From: an uncultured Bacilli bacterium
GTDB lineage: Bacteria; Bacillota_I; Bacilli_A; RF39; UBA660
DNA length: 63,034 bases
Assembly: GCA_944358145.1 (NCBI GenBank)
Contig: CALVQO010000001.1
Location: 1-63,034, forward strand
Reading direction: 5' to 3'
Below, piece by piece: positions 36,975 to 46,259 of this stretch. Position 1 is the first letter of the stretch; each line of letters opens with the position of its first letter. The position numbers and the translations under genes are program-made. The notes below the pieces were generated by a model. It was not told where the DNA came from. It did not search any database and saw nothing but the letters and a program-made list of their open reading frames with translations.

Positions 36975-37755
36975 ATTTTAATAATTTCTTTTCTATATAA
37001 GTTATGATTTTATATAGAACAAAAGAAATAATAATTAATATGACTATACCACTCATTACCATATTTAAGTTAAATACTTGAGTTCCATAGATAATTAAAT
37101 AACCAAGGCCACTTTTACTAACTAAAAATTCACCCATAATTACACCAATTAGAGTCATGGATATATTTAGTTTTAAACTAGATATAATAGTTTTATAGGA
37201 AGCGGGTATAGTTAATTTAAATAAGATGTCAAATCTTGAAGCGTTAAATGTTTTAAATAGTTTAATTAAGTCTTTATCAATATTATTAAAACCATTATAA
37301 ATTGACATAATTCCTACGATTAAATTAATTAGGAGAGCCATAACAATAATTGATTTGGTGTTAGCTCCGGCTATAATAATAATTAATGGACCTAGTGCTA
37401 CTTTGGGTAGGCTGTTTAACATTGTTAAATAAGGGTCAACTATTTTATTTAAAGTTTTAAATTCATAAAGAATAATGGCTATGATAAAACTTAGGGTTAT
37501 TCCTAAAATGAAGGCTATTAGTGTTTCATATAAAGTTGTTAAGATATGACCAATTAAGTTATAATTAAGATAGAGATTTATTATGCTTTCTATTACTTTA
37601 GAAGGGGATGAAAAGATAAAAGGGTTTATTATTTTATATTTGCTTAATAATTCCCAAATGATTAAGAATCCTACTAATATTAATATTTGAAAAGTGATAA
37701 CAATTATTTTTTCTTTTCTTATTTTTTTTAAATAATTTTTGTGTTCTTTACTCAT
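36973..37755 (-). CDS. ABC transporter permease (NitT/TauT family)
   Basis: 6 TMs and the BPD-type EAA-like loop LNSLPKVALGPLIII. Overlaps the ATPase gene. Confidence 0.8.
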   Translation of the reverse strand: MSKEHKNYLKKIRKEKIIVITFQILILVGFLIIWELLSKYKIINPFIFSSPSKVIESIINLYLNYNLIGHILTTLYETLIAFILGITLSFIIAIILYEFKTLNKIVDPYLTMLNSLPKVALGPLIIIIAGANTKSIIVMALLINLIVGIMSIYNGFNNIDKDLIKLFKTFNASRFDILFKLTIPASYKTIISSLKLNISMTLIGVIMGEFLVSKSGLGYLIIYGTQVFNLNMVMSGIVILIIISFVLYKIITYIEKKLLK

Positions 37756-38494
37756 GAAACATAAGATCCTTCCAAATTAAATCATAATAATTAGCAAAAT
37801 TTTTATCTTTTCTGTTTTCAATTGGTGTTCCTTCTTTTTCTCTTTTAATTTTATAAATATTTTTAATGGTACATGGTCTATCACTTAATACGATTACTCT
37901 ATCTGAAATACTTATTGCTTCGGCTAAATCATGAGTAACCATTAGAGCTGTTTTCCCTTCCTCTTTAATAATTTTATAAACATCATCACTTACCTTTAAT
38001 CTTGATTGGTAATCTAGTTTTGAAAATGGTTCATCAAGAATTAATATGTCTGGTTTAAGTGCTAGAGTACGAATTAAAGCTACTCTTTGTCTCATTCCTC
38101 CTGATAATTCAAAAGGACGTTTATCCATAAATTCTAATAATCCATATTTTTTAAATAAATCTTTTACATAGGCTATGTTTTCTTCTGTTTTTTCTTTTTT
38201 TATTTCTAAACTTAGTAGGGCATTGTCTATTACTTTCCTCCAAGATAACATGGAATCGCTTTGAAGCATATATCCTAGTTTTAGATTTTCTTTAAGTTCA
38301 ATATTTCCTTTAGTTAGATTATCCATATTCGTTAATATATTTAAAAGGGTTGATTTACCACAACCTGATGGCCCTACAATAGATACAAATTCACCTTCAT
38401 ATAAATCAAATGAGATATCCTTTATAGCTTCTATTTCATCTTTTTTATTGTAATAAACTTTGTTTAGATTTTTAACACTTAATAATTTATTCAT
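37748..38494 (-). CDS. ABC transporter ATP-binding protein (NitT/TauT family)
   Basis: Walker A GPSGCGKST, signature LSGGMRQR, Walker B ILILDEP. Confidence 0.9.
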   Translation of the reverse strand: MNKLLSVKNLNKVYYNKKDEIEAIKDISFDLYEGEFVSIVGPSGCGKSTLLNILTNMDNLTKGNIELKENLKLGYMLQSDSMLSWRKVIDNALLSLEIKKEKTEENIAYVKDLFKKYGLLEFMDKRPFELSGGMRQRVALIRTLALKPDILILDEPFSKLDYQSRLKVSDDVYKIIKEEGKTALMVTHDLAEAISISDRVIVLSDRPCTIKNIYKIKREKEGTPIENRKDKNFANYYDLIWKDLMFHE

Positions 38495-39371
38495 CTAAAT
38501 TATGAATTAAATCACTATAAGGGACATAATCTTCAAGTAAATTGTTGTCAATTAACATATCTTGTAAATTAGTAAAACTACTCTCTGTTATATATGGTGT
38601 AGATAGCCATGAATCATATTTTTTATAATTATCAATGATGGTAATGATATCATTTAGAGCACTATCTGGAAATTGTGGTAATATTACATTTGCAGTAGTT
38701 TGGCTATCATTATTTAGAACGAATTCTAAACCTTTAGCGATAGCTCTAGTAAAACCACTTAATAATTCTTCATTGTTTTCTAAATAGCTTTTACGAGTAT
38801 AGAAGGCTGTATATGGTACTTCACCAGAAAGTCTTCCAATAGAATCAACAATACAAGAATCTGATACGTTTACTACTGTTGTTGCAGTAGGTTCAAATAG
38901 ATTTACATAGTCTCCAATTCCACCAATAAATGATCCAGATAGACTAGCAAAATCAATTGAGTAATTTACATTAATTTTATTTACATCAATACCAGCATTT
39001 TTCATGGCGTTTAAGAAGTTAACTGCAGGCATTCCTCCAGCACGACCAACAAGTATTTCACTACCATAAAGGTCAGTAAGTTCAAATTCACTTGAACAGT
39101 CTCTTGCTAAAATGAATTGTCCATCTCTTTTAGTAAGTCCTGCAAAAGTTACTAAATAATCTTTTTCACCACCAGCATAAACATAAATAGATGATTCAGT
39201 ACCAGCAAAACCTACATCAACAGTATCAGACAAGACTGCTGCACTAACTTTGTCTGCACCACTAGTTAAGATTAAATCAATTTCTATTCCTTCCTCTTCA
39301 AAATAACCATTTTCAATTGCTACATACAACGGAGCATAAAAAACACTATGTGTTACTTCTGCTACCATCAC
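38487..39371 (-). pseudogene. NMT1/SsuA-like substrate-binding protein gene, 5-prime truncated by element insertion
   Basis: The frame starts inside the mature domain (..AEVTHSVFYAPLYVAIENGYFEEEG) with no signal peptide or lipobox. An in-frame stop lies 10 codons upstream at 39402-39404. The recombinase gene end overlaps its first 26 nt. Confidence 0.7.
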
Positions 39372-41052
39372 ATTGTGGACACTTTTGCTTAGAAGAAGAG
39401 CCTATAAGATTTATATACAGATTTTCTCCATCGGATTCTACAGAACTAATTAGCATTTTAATCATCAATCTTTTTTCAACGATATCTAATGTATCAAATG
39501 ATTCCATATAATTTTTAATCATGTCTAATGCAATTTTTGCCATTTGTTTTTGGTCTATTTCAGCATCAATTTCTTTATTCATTTCAGCTATTCTTTTTTC
39601 TATTTCATTATTTTTGGATTTTAAATCTTTAATTTGAAGTGCAACTTCGTTAATTATTTCAGGATCTATAATTGCCATTCTATCTATTAATGTTTCAATT
39701 TTCATTTTATTTTTAGTAAAAGTAGCATTTAAGGTTTGTAATTCAGTTTGTTTTTTTGTTGATTCTTTTTCACGACCTGATGCCAAATCCTCTAATCGTT
39801 TCATAAATTCACTTTTTGGAGAAGTTATTTCTTTAAGTTTTTGTATAACTAGTTTATCTGTTTCTATTCCATTAATATTTTTACATTGGCATTGTTTCTT
39901 TCTACTTTTATCTTTTAATTCACATAGATAACTAAAATTTCTTTCTCCATTTGAAGCGATGGAATTTCTTAATCTTGGTCGCATATAACTTCCACAGTGT
40001 TTACATTTTATTATGCCTGATAATATAGATGTGTTTTGTTGAGGAGCTCGTAGTCGTTTGTTTTGATTGTTTGTTATTAAATTCCATACACTTATAAATT
40101 GATCGCTAGTAATTAAACCATTATGTTTACCAACTGCAATAATCCATTCATTAATATCTTTAAATGATTTTGCTTTTCCTGTAATTTCTAATCTTTTATT
40201 ATAAGCTATAAGCCCTAATTTTTTGTCATAAATATTTTTTTTATTTTGCTCATTGCTATTATGATATATAGTAGCACCTTTTTCTTCAAAAAAATTGTTT
40301 ATTTTCTCATCTGCTATAACATATACTGGATTTTTAAAAATTGTGACTAAAGAAAATCTACTAAAGTTATTTCCATTTCTTGTTTTAATACCATTATTTA
40401 ATAAATAAGTTTCTAATTTTGATAATCCTTTTAATTCTAACATTTTTGTCCATAGTAATTTAATTGTTTCAGCTTCTTCAGGAATAACATCTAATTTATA
40501 TAAACTTCTTTTTTTACCATCTATATCTATAGTTTCTATTTTTTGTGATTTATATCCTAAAGGAGTATTTCCACCTAACCATCTTCCTGTTTTTGCAAGT
40601 TCATACATATTATCCCTTATTCTTTCTGCAATAGTATCTCTTTCTAATTGTGCAAAAACAGATGATATCATAAGCATTGCAACACCCATTGGAGTCGAAG
40701 TATCAAAATTTTCTGTTACTGATATAAATTTTACATCATATTGCAATAATTCATTTTTTAAATTACAAAAATCCGCTACATTTCTACTTATTCTGTCTAG
40801 TCTATAAACAATAACACATTGAATTTTGTTTTTCTTGATATCAGTCATTAATTTTTGTAATTGGGGTCTATTAGTATTATATCCTGTAAATCCTTCATCA
40901 GAATATATTTTAATATCTTCATCTTTTGCATTAAATTTTGTTATTAAAGTATTTTTACAATATTCTATTTGATTATCGATACTTTCGCCTTTACCTGTAA
41001 ATTTTGATTTTCTTGCATATACACCATAATATTTTTTTTCGTTATTTTCCAT
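39346..41052 (-). CDS. large serine recombinase (integrase of the element)
   Basis: N-terminal resolvase domain YGVYARKSKF..GESIDNQ with the catalytic Ser, a recombinase domain, Cys-rich zinc ribbon (CKHCGSYM ... C..C) and a coiled coil. 568 aa from ATG 41052. Confidence 0.9.
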   Translation of the reverse strand: MENNEKKYYGVYARKSKFTGKGESIDNQIEYCKNTLITKFNAKDEDIKIYSDEGFTGYNTNRPQLQKLMTDIKKNKIQCVIVYRLDRISRNVADFCNLKNELLQYDVKFISVTENFDTSTPMGVAMLMISSVFAQLERDTIAERIRDNMYELAKTGRWLGGNTPLGYKSQKIETIDIDGKKRSLYKLDVIPEEAETIKLLWTKMLELKGLSKLETYLLNNGIKTRNGNNFSRFSLVTIFKNPVYVIADEKINNFFEEKGATIYHNSNEQNKKNIYDKKLGLIAYNKRLEITGKAKSFKDINEWIIAVGKHNGLITSDQFISVWNLITNNQNKRLRAPQQNTSILSGIIKCKHCGSYMRPRLRNSIASNGERNFSYLCELKDKSRKKQCQCKNINGIETDKLVIQKLKEITSPKSEFMKRLEDLASGREKESTKKQTELQTLNATFTKNKMKIETLIDRMAIIDPEIINEVALQIKDLKSKNNEIEKRIAEMNKEIDAEIDQKQMAKIALDMIKNYMESFDTLDIVEKRLMIKMLISSVESDGENLYINLIGSSSKQKCPQCDGSRSNT

Positions 41053-41112
41053 AACAATCAACTCCTATGTCATTGATTATTATATCACATCATGGTATCA
41101 TAAGGAATCTTT

Positions 41113-41140
41113 TTTAAAAAAAATAGTTTATAAAAAACTA
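41113..41140 (-). terminator. terminator after the NUDIX gene
   Basis: Minus strand TAGTTT-loop-AAACTA followed by T8. Confidence 0.5.
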
Positions 41141-41578
41141 TTTAATAGAATAACCTAATTTCTCTAATGCTAGTATGGTAAATGGAGATAGTTGTTTCTT
41201 GTTTAATTCATTTATGCTATACCAATTTGCACCGTCTGAATCTAGTCCATCTGCATCATTTTTTAAAGTATTCTCATTAGTATCTACTGTATATAAGATA
41301 CCTACGTGATGTAAATCTTCCCATAAATCAGGTTCCATTTCCCACTTAATATTAGTAGCAACAGCATCAAGTAATTTGTAGTTAGTTATGCCTATTCCAG
41401 CTTCTTCCATTATCTCTCTTTTTAAAGTTTCAAAAGGTTGTTCAGTATGTTCAATCCCGCCACCTGGTAGATCTAGCTTTCCTTTATAACCACCTCTAGC
41501 TTTTCTTACAAGGGCAATTTTATTATCACTAATAATTATACCATATGCTCCTACATGAGTTTTAACAATTGTTTCCAT
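41138..41578 (-). CDS. NUDIX hydrolase
   Basis: Nudix box GGGIEHTEQPFETLKREIMEEAGI. The METIV start is 8 nt after AAAGGA. Confidence 0.85.
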   Translation of the reverse strand: METIVKTHVGAYGIIISDNKIALVRKARGGYKGKLDLPGGGIEHTEQPFETLKREIMEEAGIGITNYKLLDAVATNIKWEMEPDLWEDLHHVGILYTVDTNENTLKNDADGLDSDGANWYSINELNKKQLSPFTILALEKLGYSIK

Positions 41579-41859
41579 TGTTTTCATCCTTTCTTTTACT
41601 ATTTTAACATAAATACAAGCGAGATGGCAGTAATATTTCACTTATGTGTGTACGTGGAACTTTAGCCAAGTGGTAAGGGTAAGGCAGGGGACTTTAATTA
41701 TTTTTATTGCCTAAAAATCAAAATTGACAGATTATTGTTTCAACAATACAAAATAAATAAAAATAATTTGCAATAAAATATATTATTTTAAATATTATTA
41801 TACATTTAAAAAACTCTTAAAATTAAAATTTTAAGAGTCAAATATTTCTTTAAAAATTA

Positions 41860-42963
41860 TTAATTTTTCTTTTTCCTAGTAAGAGTAATTAGAGGTACCA
41901 GATACTCATTTTCAGTTAAACCTGAATGATTAGATAATAGCTCTTTTCCATATCTTCTATATTTAAGATTCTTATCACTTATAGCTATTGCAATAAAATT
42001 TCCTAGACAAGATTTAAACATATTGTGATTAATACCTAATCCAAAAAGCTGAAGTGATAAAATATCTTCTTGCTTTAATAGTATAAAGTTTGAACCAAAT
42101 TGCTTTTCAAATTCAGTTTTAAAGTAATCAATTTTATCTTCTTTAATAAATAGCATACACGCTCTAGAGTCTATTGAAGTTGTCTGAGATAAACAATTAA
42201 AAAGATTAGGGTAATCTTCAAGATAAATATAACTTGAGTTCGTTAATCCATGATCAGCAGTTATAAGTATCAGACTATCATTTAAACTATTGTATAAATA
42301 TTTTATTGTTTTTTCTATCAACTTCAAATTCTCTTGTGTTTCAAAAGATTCCGTTCCTGTTTTATGAATAATTGAATCAGGATTTTCGTAATAAGCGTAA
42401 ATAAAATTTCTCTCATCGTTATCACATAATTGTATAATTTTTTCACACATATCATCTAATCCATTATAATGAGTTCCGGCATAAGGTGATAGATAAGTTG
42501 CATTAAATATTGTTTGTGCATTAATTAAATCAAAAATAGTAGTATAAGGGAAATACTTCATACCTATATTTTCAGGAAATAAATTTTTCGTATCTTTCTC
42601 TGTATTTAAAAACAAAGTTACAACTTTATCAATAGGTTTGATATAATTATCCCATCCAAGCCAACAATGTTGATTTGGATATAATCCAGTAATAATAGAA
42701 GTGGTGGCGGCTGTTGTAGTGGTTGGAAAAACAGAATATAATGTCTTTTTTATATTGCTAAATAATAGAGGACAGCTTTTTGAATATGTTTTAAGTAAAT
42801 TCATGCCCATTCCATCACATAAAATCAAAATAACATTTTTAGGCTGATTTCTTAACAAAATTTCATCTATCTCAAAATTAGAGTCGTTGATAGCTTTTAA
42901 GCCAAAATATTTTAATATGGAATTTGGAATTCCAACTATCGATTCTTTATAGTTTATAAACAT
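41860..42963 (-). CDS. alkaline-phosphatase-superfamily metalloenzyme (NPP/PglZ-like phosphodiesterase or phosphatase)
   Basis: ILILCDGMG, FPTTTTAATTSIITGLYPNQH (nucleophile Thr region), NPDSIIHKTG, ITADHGL and SNHSGLTENEYLVPL. Its ATG directly abuts the stop of the viperin gene (TAGATG). Confidence 0.7.
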   Translation of the reverse strand: MFINYKESIVGIPNSILKYFGLKAINDSNFEIDEILLRNQPKNVILILCDGMGMNLLKTYSKSCPLLFSNIKKTLYSVFPTTTTAATTSIITGLYPNQHCWLGWDNYIKPIDKVVTLFLNTEKDTKNLFPENIGMKYFPYTTIFDLINAQTIFNATYLSPYAGTHYNGLDDMCEKIIQLCDNDERNFIYAYYENPDSIIHKTGTESFETQENLKLIEKTIKYLYNSLNDSLILITADHGLTNSSYIYLEDYPNLFNCLSQTTSIDSRACMLFIKEDKIDYFKTEFEKQFGSNFILLKQEDILSLQLFGLGINHNMFKSCLGNFIAIAISDKNLKYRRYGKELLSNHSGLTENEYLVPLITLTRKKKN

Positions 42964-43788
42964 CTATCTGTAAAATCTTTCAAATGCTCTTTTTCTGACT
43001 AAATGATTTGTTAAGTCTATATTTTTAATGCACTCATCAATAGAACTTTCTAAAATGTTACAAGTTACTTTTCCAGCATTATCTTTTAAATCTCCATTTG
43101 GAAAAATGCTGAAATATGTAGTTTTAAATTCTTCAAAATCATTAAAATCTACCTGAGTATCCGTTATAGGCATTTTTTTAATTATTTCTGTTAGATTTAA
43201 ATATTCTTGATCACTTATGTTAAATTCTTCTTGATTATCAACAGCTTTATATGTTATTGGATAATATCTAAAAATTTTCCATCTTTTAATATCATAATGT
43301 TTCAAAATTTCCCAAATTAGTGGGATATGATTTAAATTTTGCTTAGTAGCCACTGTATTTACTTTTAAGTTAATTTTGCCATTAAATCTACTTAAATTTT
43401 TAATCGCTTTTCTTAAATGTTCTTTGCCTCTACCTACTTTTATATGGTATTCTTCACTAGGCGATTCAATATCAAAAGTAATCCAGTCAAATAAAGAAAT
43501 AATTATTTCTGACATCTCATCATTTATAAGCAGTCCATTTGTAGTTAATGAAAGTAAAATGCTTGGCTTTTTTTCTCTAATATATCTTGCAAGTTCAAAT
43601 AGTCCTTCATATAGTAATGGCTCGCCACCTGCAAAAGTGATTTTTTCTACTCCATGTTCAATTAATTTATCAGCAATTTTTTTGTTATCTTCTAGTGATA
43701 AATCTTCTGATAATGTTCTATAGCAGAACGTGCAGTTTTCATTACATTTTTCAGTAATGTTCCAACATACAGAATAAATTTTATTCAT
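42964..43788 (-). CDS. prokaryotic viperin homolog (pVip), radical SAM
   Basis: It aligns by eye block-for-block with human viperin. VCWNITEKCNENCTFCYRT matches VNYHFTRQCNYKCGFCFHT. GVEKITFAGGEPLL matches GMEKINFSGGEPFL. FDIESPSEEYHIKVGRG matches ISCDSFDEEVNVLIGRG. IKRWKIFR matches VRWKVFQ. Confidence 0.8.
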   Translation of the reverse strand: MNKIYSVCWNITEKCNENCTFCYRTLSEDLSLEDNKKIADKLIEHGVEKITFAGGEPLLYEGLFELARYIREKKPSILLSLTTNGLLINDEMSEIIISLFDWITFDIESPSEEYHIKVGRGKEHLRKAIKNLSRFNGKINLKVNTVATKQNLNHIPLIWEILKHYDIKRWKIFRYYPITYKAVDNQEEFNISDQEYLNLTEIIKKMPITDTQVDFNDFEEFKTTYFSIFPNGDLKDNAGKVTCNILESSIDECIKNIDLTNHLVRKRAFERFYR

Positions 43789-43874
43789 TTTTCCTCCTTT
43801 TTTCTGAATATTTTACTATAATATTGCAATTTGTCAAGTTAAGATTTATAATAATAGTGATTTGGGGGATTTTT

Positions 43875-44414
43875 ATGATAGGACTAAAAACTGATATGGT
43901 AGAATTACTTCCATATGATTATACTTGGAAAGATGAATTTCAAAAAATGAAAAAAGATATTGAAATGGCATTAAATGGTTATACTTTCGATATTCAACAT
44001 GTTGGTAGCACTTCAATTGAGGGATGCCCAGCAAAACCAGTTATTGATATTAATATTGGTATTGAGTCGTTAGAATATGGAAATCAATTAGTTCCTTTGT
44101 TAATAAATATAGGTTATATTTATAAAGGCGATGATGGTATACCTGGAAGACACTATTTTAAAAAGCAAGAAAATGGTGTTACTGTATCTCATATTCATAT
44201 GTGTCCAATAGGCGATGAAATTTGGAAAAATCAAATTTTGTTTAGAGATTATATGCGAGAACATCCCGAACAACTACAAGAATACATAGAATTAAAGAGA
44301 AAATTAGCTATTTTATATCCTACAGATCGTGCTAGCTATTCTTTAGGCAAGAAAAATTTTATTGAAAATATTTTGGTAGAAGCAGAAGCTTTAAAAAGAA
44401 GCAGAAAAAAATAG
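43875..44414 (+). CDS. GrpB family (nucleotidyltransferase-fold) protein
   Basis: VELLPYDYTWKDEF ... IQHVGSTSIEGCPAKPVIDI is the GrpB signature. ATG 43875 follows GGGGGA. Confidence 0.8.
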   Translation: MIGLKTDMVELLPYDYTWKDEFQKMKKDIEMALNGYTFDIQHVGSTSIEGCPAKPVIDINIGIESLEYGNQLVPLLINIGYIYKGDDGIPGRHYFKKQENGVTVSHIHMCPIGDEIWKNQILFRDYMREHPEQLQEYIELKRKLAILYPTDRASYSLGKKNFIENILVEAEALKRSRKK

Positions 44415-44426
44415 GAGGTTATATAT

Positions 44427-44906
44427 ATGAATTCTGATATAACATTTGAAAGTGAAAATATGGTTTTTAATTTTCGAGTAGCTACTGTTATTAAAAATGG
44501 TGATAAAATATTGGTACAGAAAGATGATCGGGTTTCTCATGTCACTTTACCTGGTGGAAGATGTTCTTTAGGTGAGGATACTACTGAAACTTCAGTAAGA
44601 GAATTTAAAGAAGAAACTGACATTAATTGCTTATTTGTAAAATCACTAGGTATGATAGAAAATTTTTTCGTATCCTCTTTTAATGGAAAAAAATATCATG
44701 AAATTTTAATGATTAATGAAATAAAATTCGTTGATCATAATTTATATTCTATGAAGGAAATTCCAAATATTGAAGAAAAGAAAAAAGAGCATTTAAAATT
44801 TGTTTGGATGACTCAAGAAGAATTGAAAAATTCCAATTTCAAGCCAAACATAATTTTAGAAATAATTAATAATGATGGCTTTACTCATTTAATTAATAAG
44901 GATTAA
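44427..44906 (+). CDS. NUDIX hydrolase (second copy, divergent)
   Basis: Nudix box PGGRCSLGEDTTETSVREFKEETD. RBS AGGAGG. Confidence 0.85.
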   Translation: MNSDITFESENMVFNFRVATVIKNGDKILVQKDDRVSHVTLPGGRCSLGEDTTETSVREFKEETDINCLFVKSLGMIENFFVSSFNGKKYHEILMINEIKFVDHNLYSMKEIPNIEEKKKEHLKFVWMTQEELKNSNFKPNIILEIINNDGFTHLINKD

Positions 44907-44919
44907 ATGAGTTTTTTAA

Positions 44920-45213
44920 TTTTATGGTGTACTTTTTATTGCTTTAAGCGGTAAAGAATGTTTGGAGTTAGTTCAAAAAAATAATTATGATATTATTTTT
45001 TTGGATATTATGATGTCAGAAATGAGTGGAGTAGAAACGTTTAAATTGTTAAAAGAAAAGAATCAATTTGATACCCCTGTAATTGCTTTGACTGCCGATG
45101 CTGACATTGATTCTAAAGAGAAATATTTGGCTTTAGGATTTGATGGTTATATTCCTAAACCTATAAATATTGAATTATTAAAAAAAGGATTAAGTAATTG
45201 GCTTAATCAATAA
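44920..45213 (+). pseudogene. 5-prime-truncated response-regulator receiver (REC) domain fragment
   Basis: The frame reads ..ALSGKECLELVQKNNYDIIFLDIMMSEMSG...PVIALTADA...GFDGYIPKPI. It lacks strand beta-1 with the acidic pocket, and a stop lies immediately upstream. Confidence 0.6.
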
Positions 45214-45299
45214 TAAAGCATGAAATTTTGTTTAAAAAGTTGGTGTTTTGCAAATGAGGATTTATACAAAAGATCCAATATAATTATTAATTTCTTTTG

Positions 45300-45746
45300 T
45301 TATTTTCTACCGCATAAGCTATCTAAATTTACTCTATATAATTCTGATAAAGCTATTAACATATCAATTTTAAATGTTATTTTGCCATTAAAATATCTAA
45401 ATACAGTAGATTTGTTGCACTTAAGAAATTCAGCAATATCTTCGTATGTGTGATTATATTTAATTTTACATAATAAAAGATTTTCTGAAAGTTTATTATA
45501 ATTGATTTTTTGATATGCAACTTTTTTAGAAGTTTTTTCTAAGCCTAAAATATAAGCTAAACTAACATGGTAATATAAAGCTAGCTGATCTGCTACAGAT
45601 AAAGGAACCATACTCCTTTGATTTTCCCATGTAGAATATGTTGCTCTTTTACAATTTAATATCTGAGCAAGATCTTCTTGCTTTAATTCATTATCTAATC
45701 GTAATTTCTTTAAGTTATTGAGATACATAAACATCACTACAAACAT
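45300..45746 (-). CDS. XRE-family regulator with two HTH domains
   Basis: LRLDNELKQEDLAQILNCKRATYSTWENQ, plus a second HTH YEDIAEFLKCNKSTVFRYFNGK. Confidence 0.7.
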   Translation of the reverse strand: MFVVMFMYLNNLKKLRLDNELKQEDLAQILNCKRATYSTWENQRSMVPLSVADQLALYYHVSLAYILGLEKTSKKVAYQKINYNKLSENLLLCKIKYNHTYEDIAEFLKCNKSTVFRYFNGKITFKIDMLIALSELYRVNLDSLCGRK

Positions 45747-45858
45747 TTTCTCATGTTATTATGTGCATTCACAATTATGCGACGTGTACGCAACAAATTT
45801 AACTATACTTAACATTGATTTAATGTTATAATAAAAAAGAATAGCAATATTTATGTTG

Positions 45859-46128
45859 TTATTCTTCTATATCAGCCATGTCTACTCTTGAAGGCAACTT
45901 TTTAAAATCACGTTTAACATAAAACTCGAAAGGCTCCACACCCAATGCTTTTGATAGCTTCTCCAATTTATCAAAAGAAGGAGTATGATGCCCAAGTTCA
46001 AGTTGACTTATATAAGTTACACTAGTATCTGTAAGTTCAGCAACTTTTTCTTGAGTATATTTTTTACGAAATCGAAAATATTTAACATTGTTGCCAAACA
46101 CTTCGTTTAATTTCAATCGTATCACCAA
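45859..46128 (-). CDS. XRE-family HTH transcriptional regulator
   Basis: RFRKKYTQEKVAELTDTSVTYISQLELGHHTPS is a typical HTH_3 motif. Confidence 0.8.
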   Translation of the reverse strand: MVIRLKLNEVFGNNVKYFRFRKKYTQEKVAELTDTSVTYISQLELGHHTPSFDKLEKLSKALGVEPFEFYVKRDFKKLPSRVDMADIEE

Positions 46129-46259
46129 CTTTTACATTATTATGATACGATTTTTATAAAAAATACTCCAATAAGTATTAGTGCAAAAGTAGGCATGCTT
46201 CTTATAGATTAAGTATTTTATAAAATAACTATTATATAATAGAAGGGGAATCGTATCAT

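Noticed and set aside
39317-39511. ORF 39317-39511(+) across the element junction. Similar cases are 43376-43723(+) antisense to the viperin gene, 45220-45453(+), 46132-46413(-), 47296-47484(-), 49913-50122(-), 51786-51977(+), 60863-61111(-) and 61971-62165(-).
   Set aside because: All are antisense or overlapping shadows of better-supported genes, with no RBS or motifs.
41656-41698. A tRNA-like 5-prime half, GGAACTTTAGCCAAGTGGTAAGGGTAAGGCAGGGGACTTTAAT. It has an acceptor strand, a D-arm-like segment and an anticodon-stem-like GGGGA followed by CTTTAAT.
   Set aside because: There is no complementary anticodon-stem strand, no T-arm (GGTTCGA-type) and no 3-prime acceptor strand downstream. At best it is a decayed fragment marking an old integration scar. 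It cannot be called a tRNA or a suppressor tRNA.
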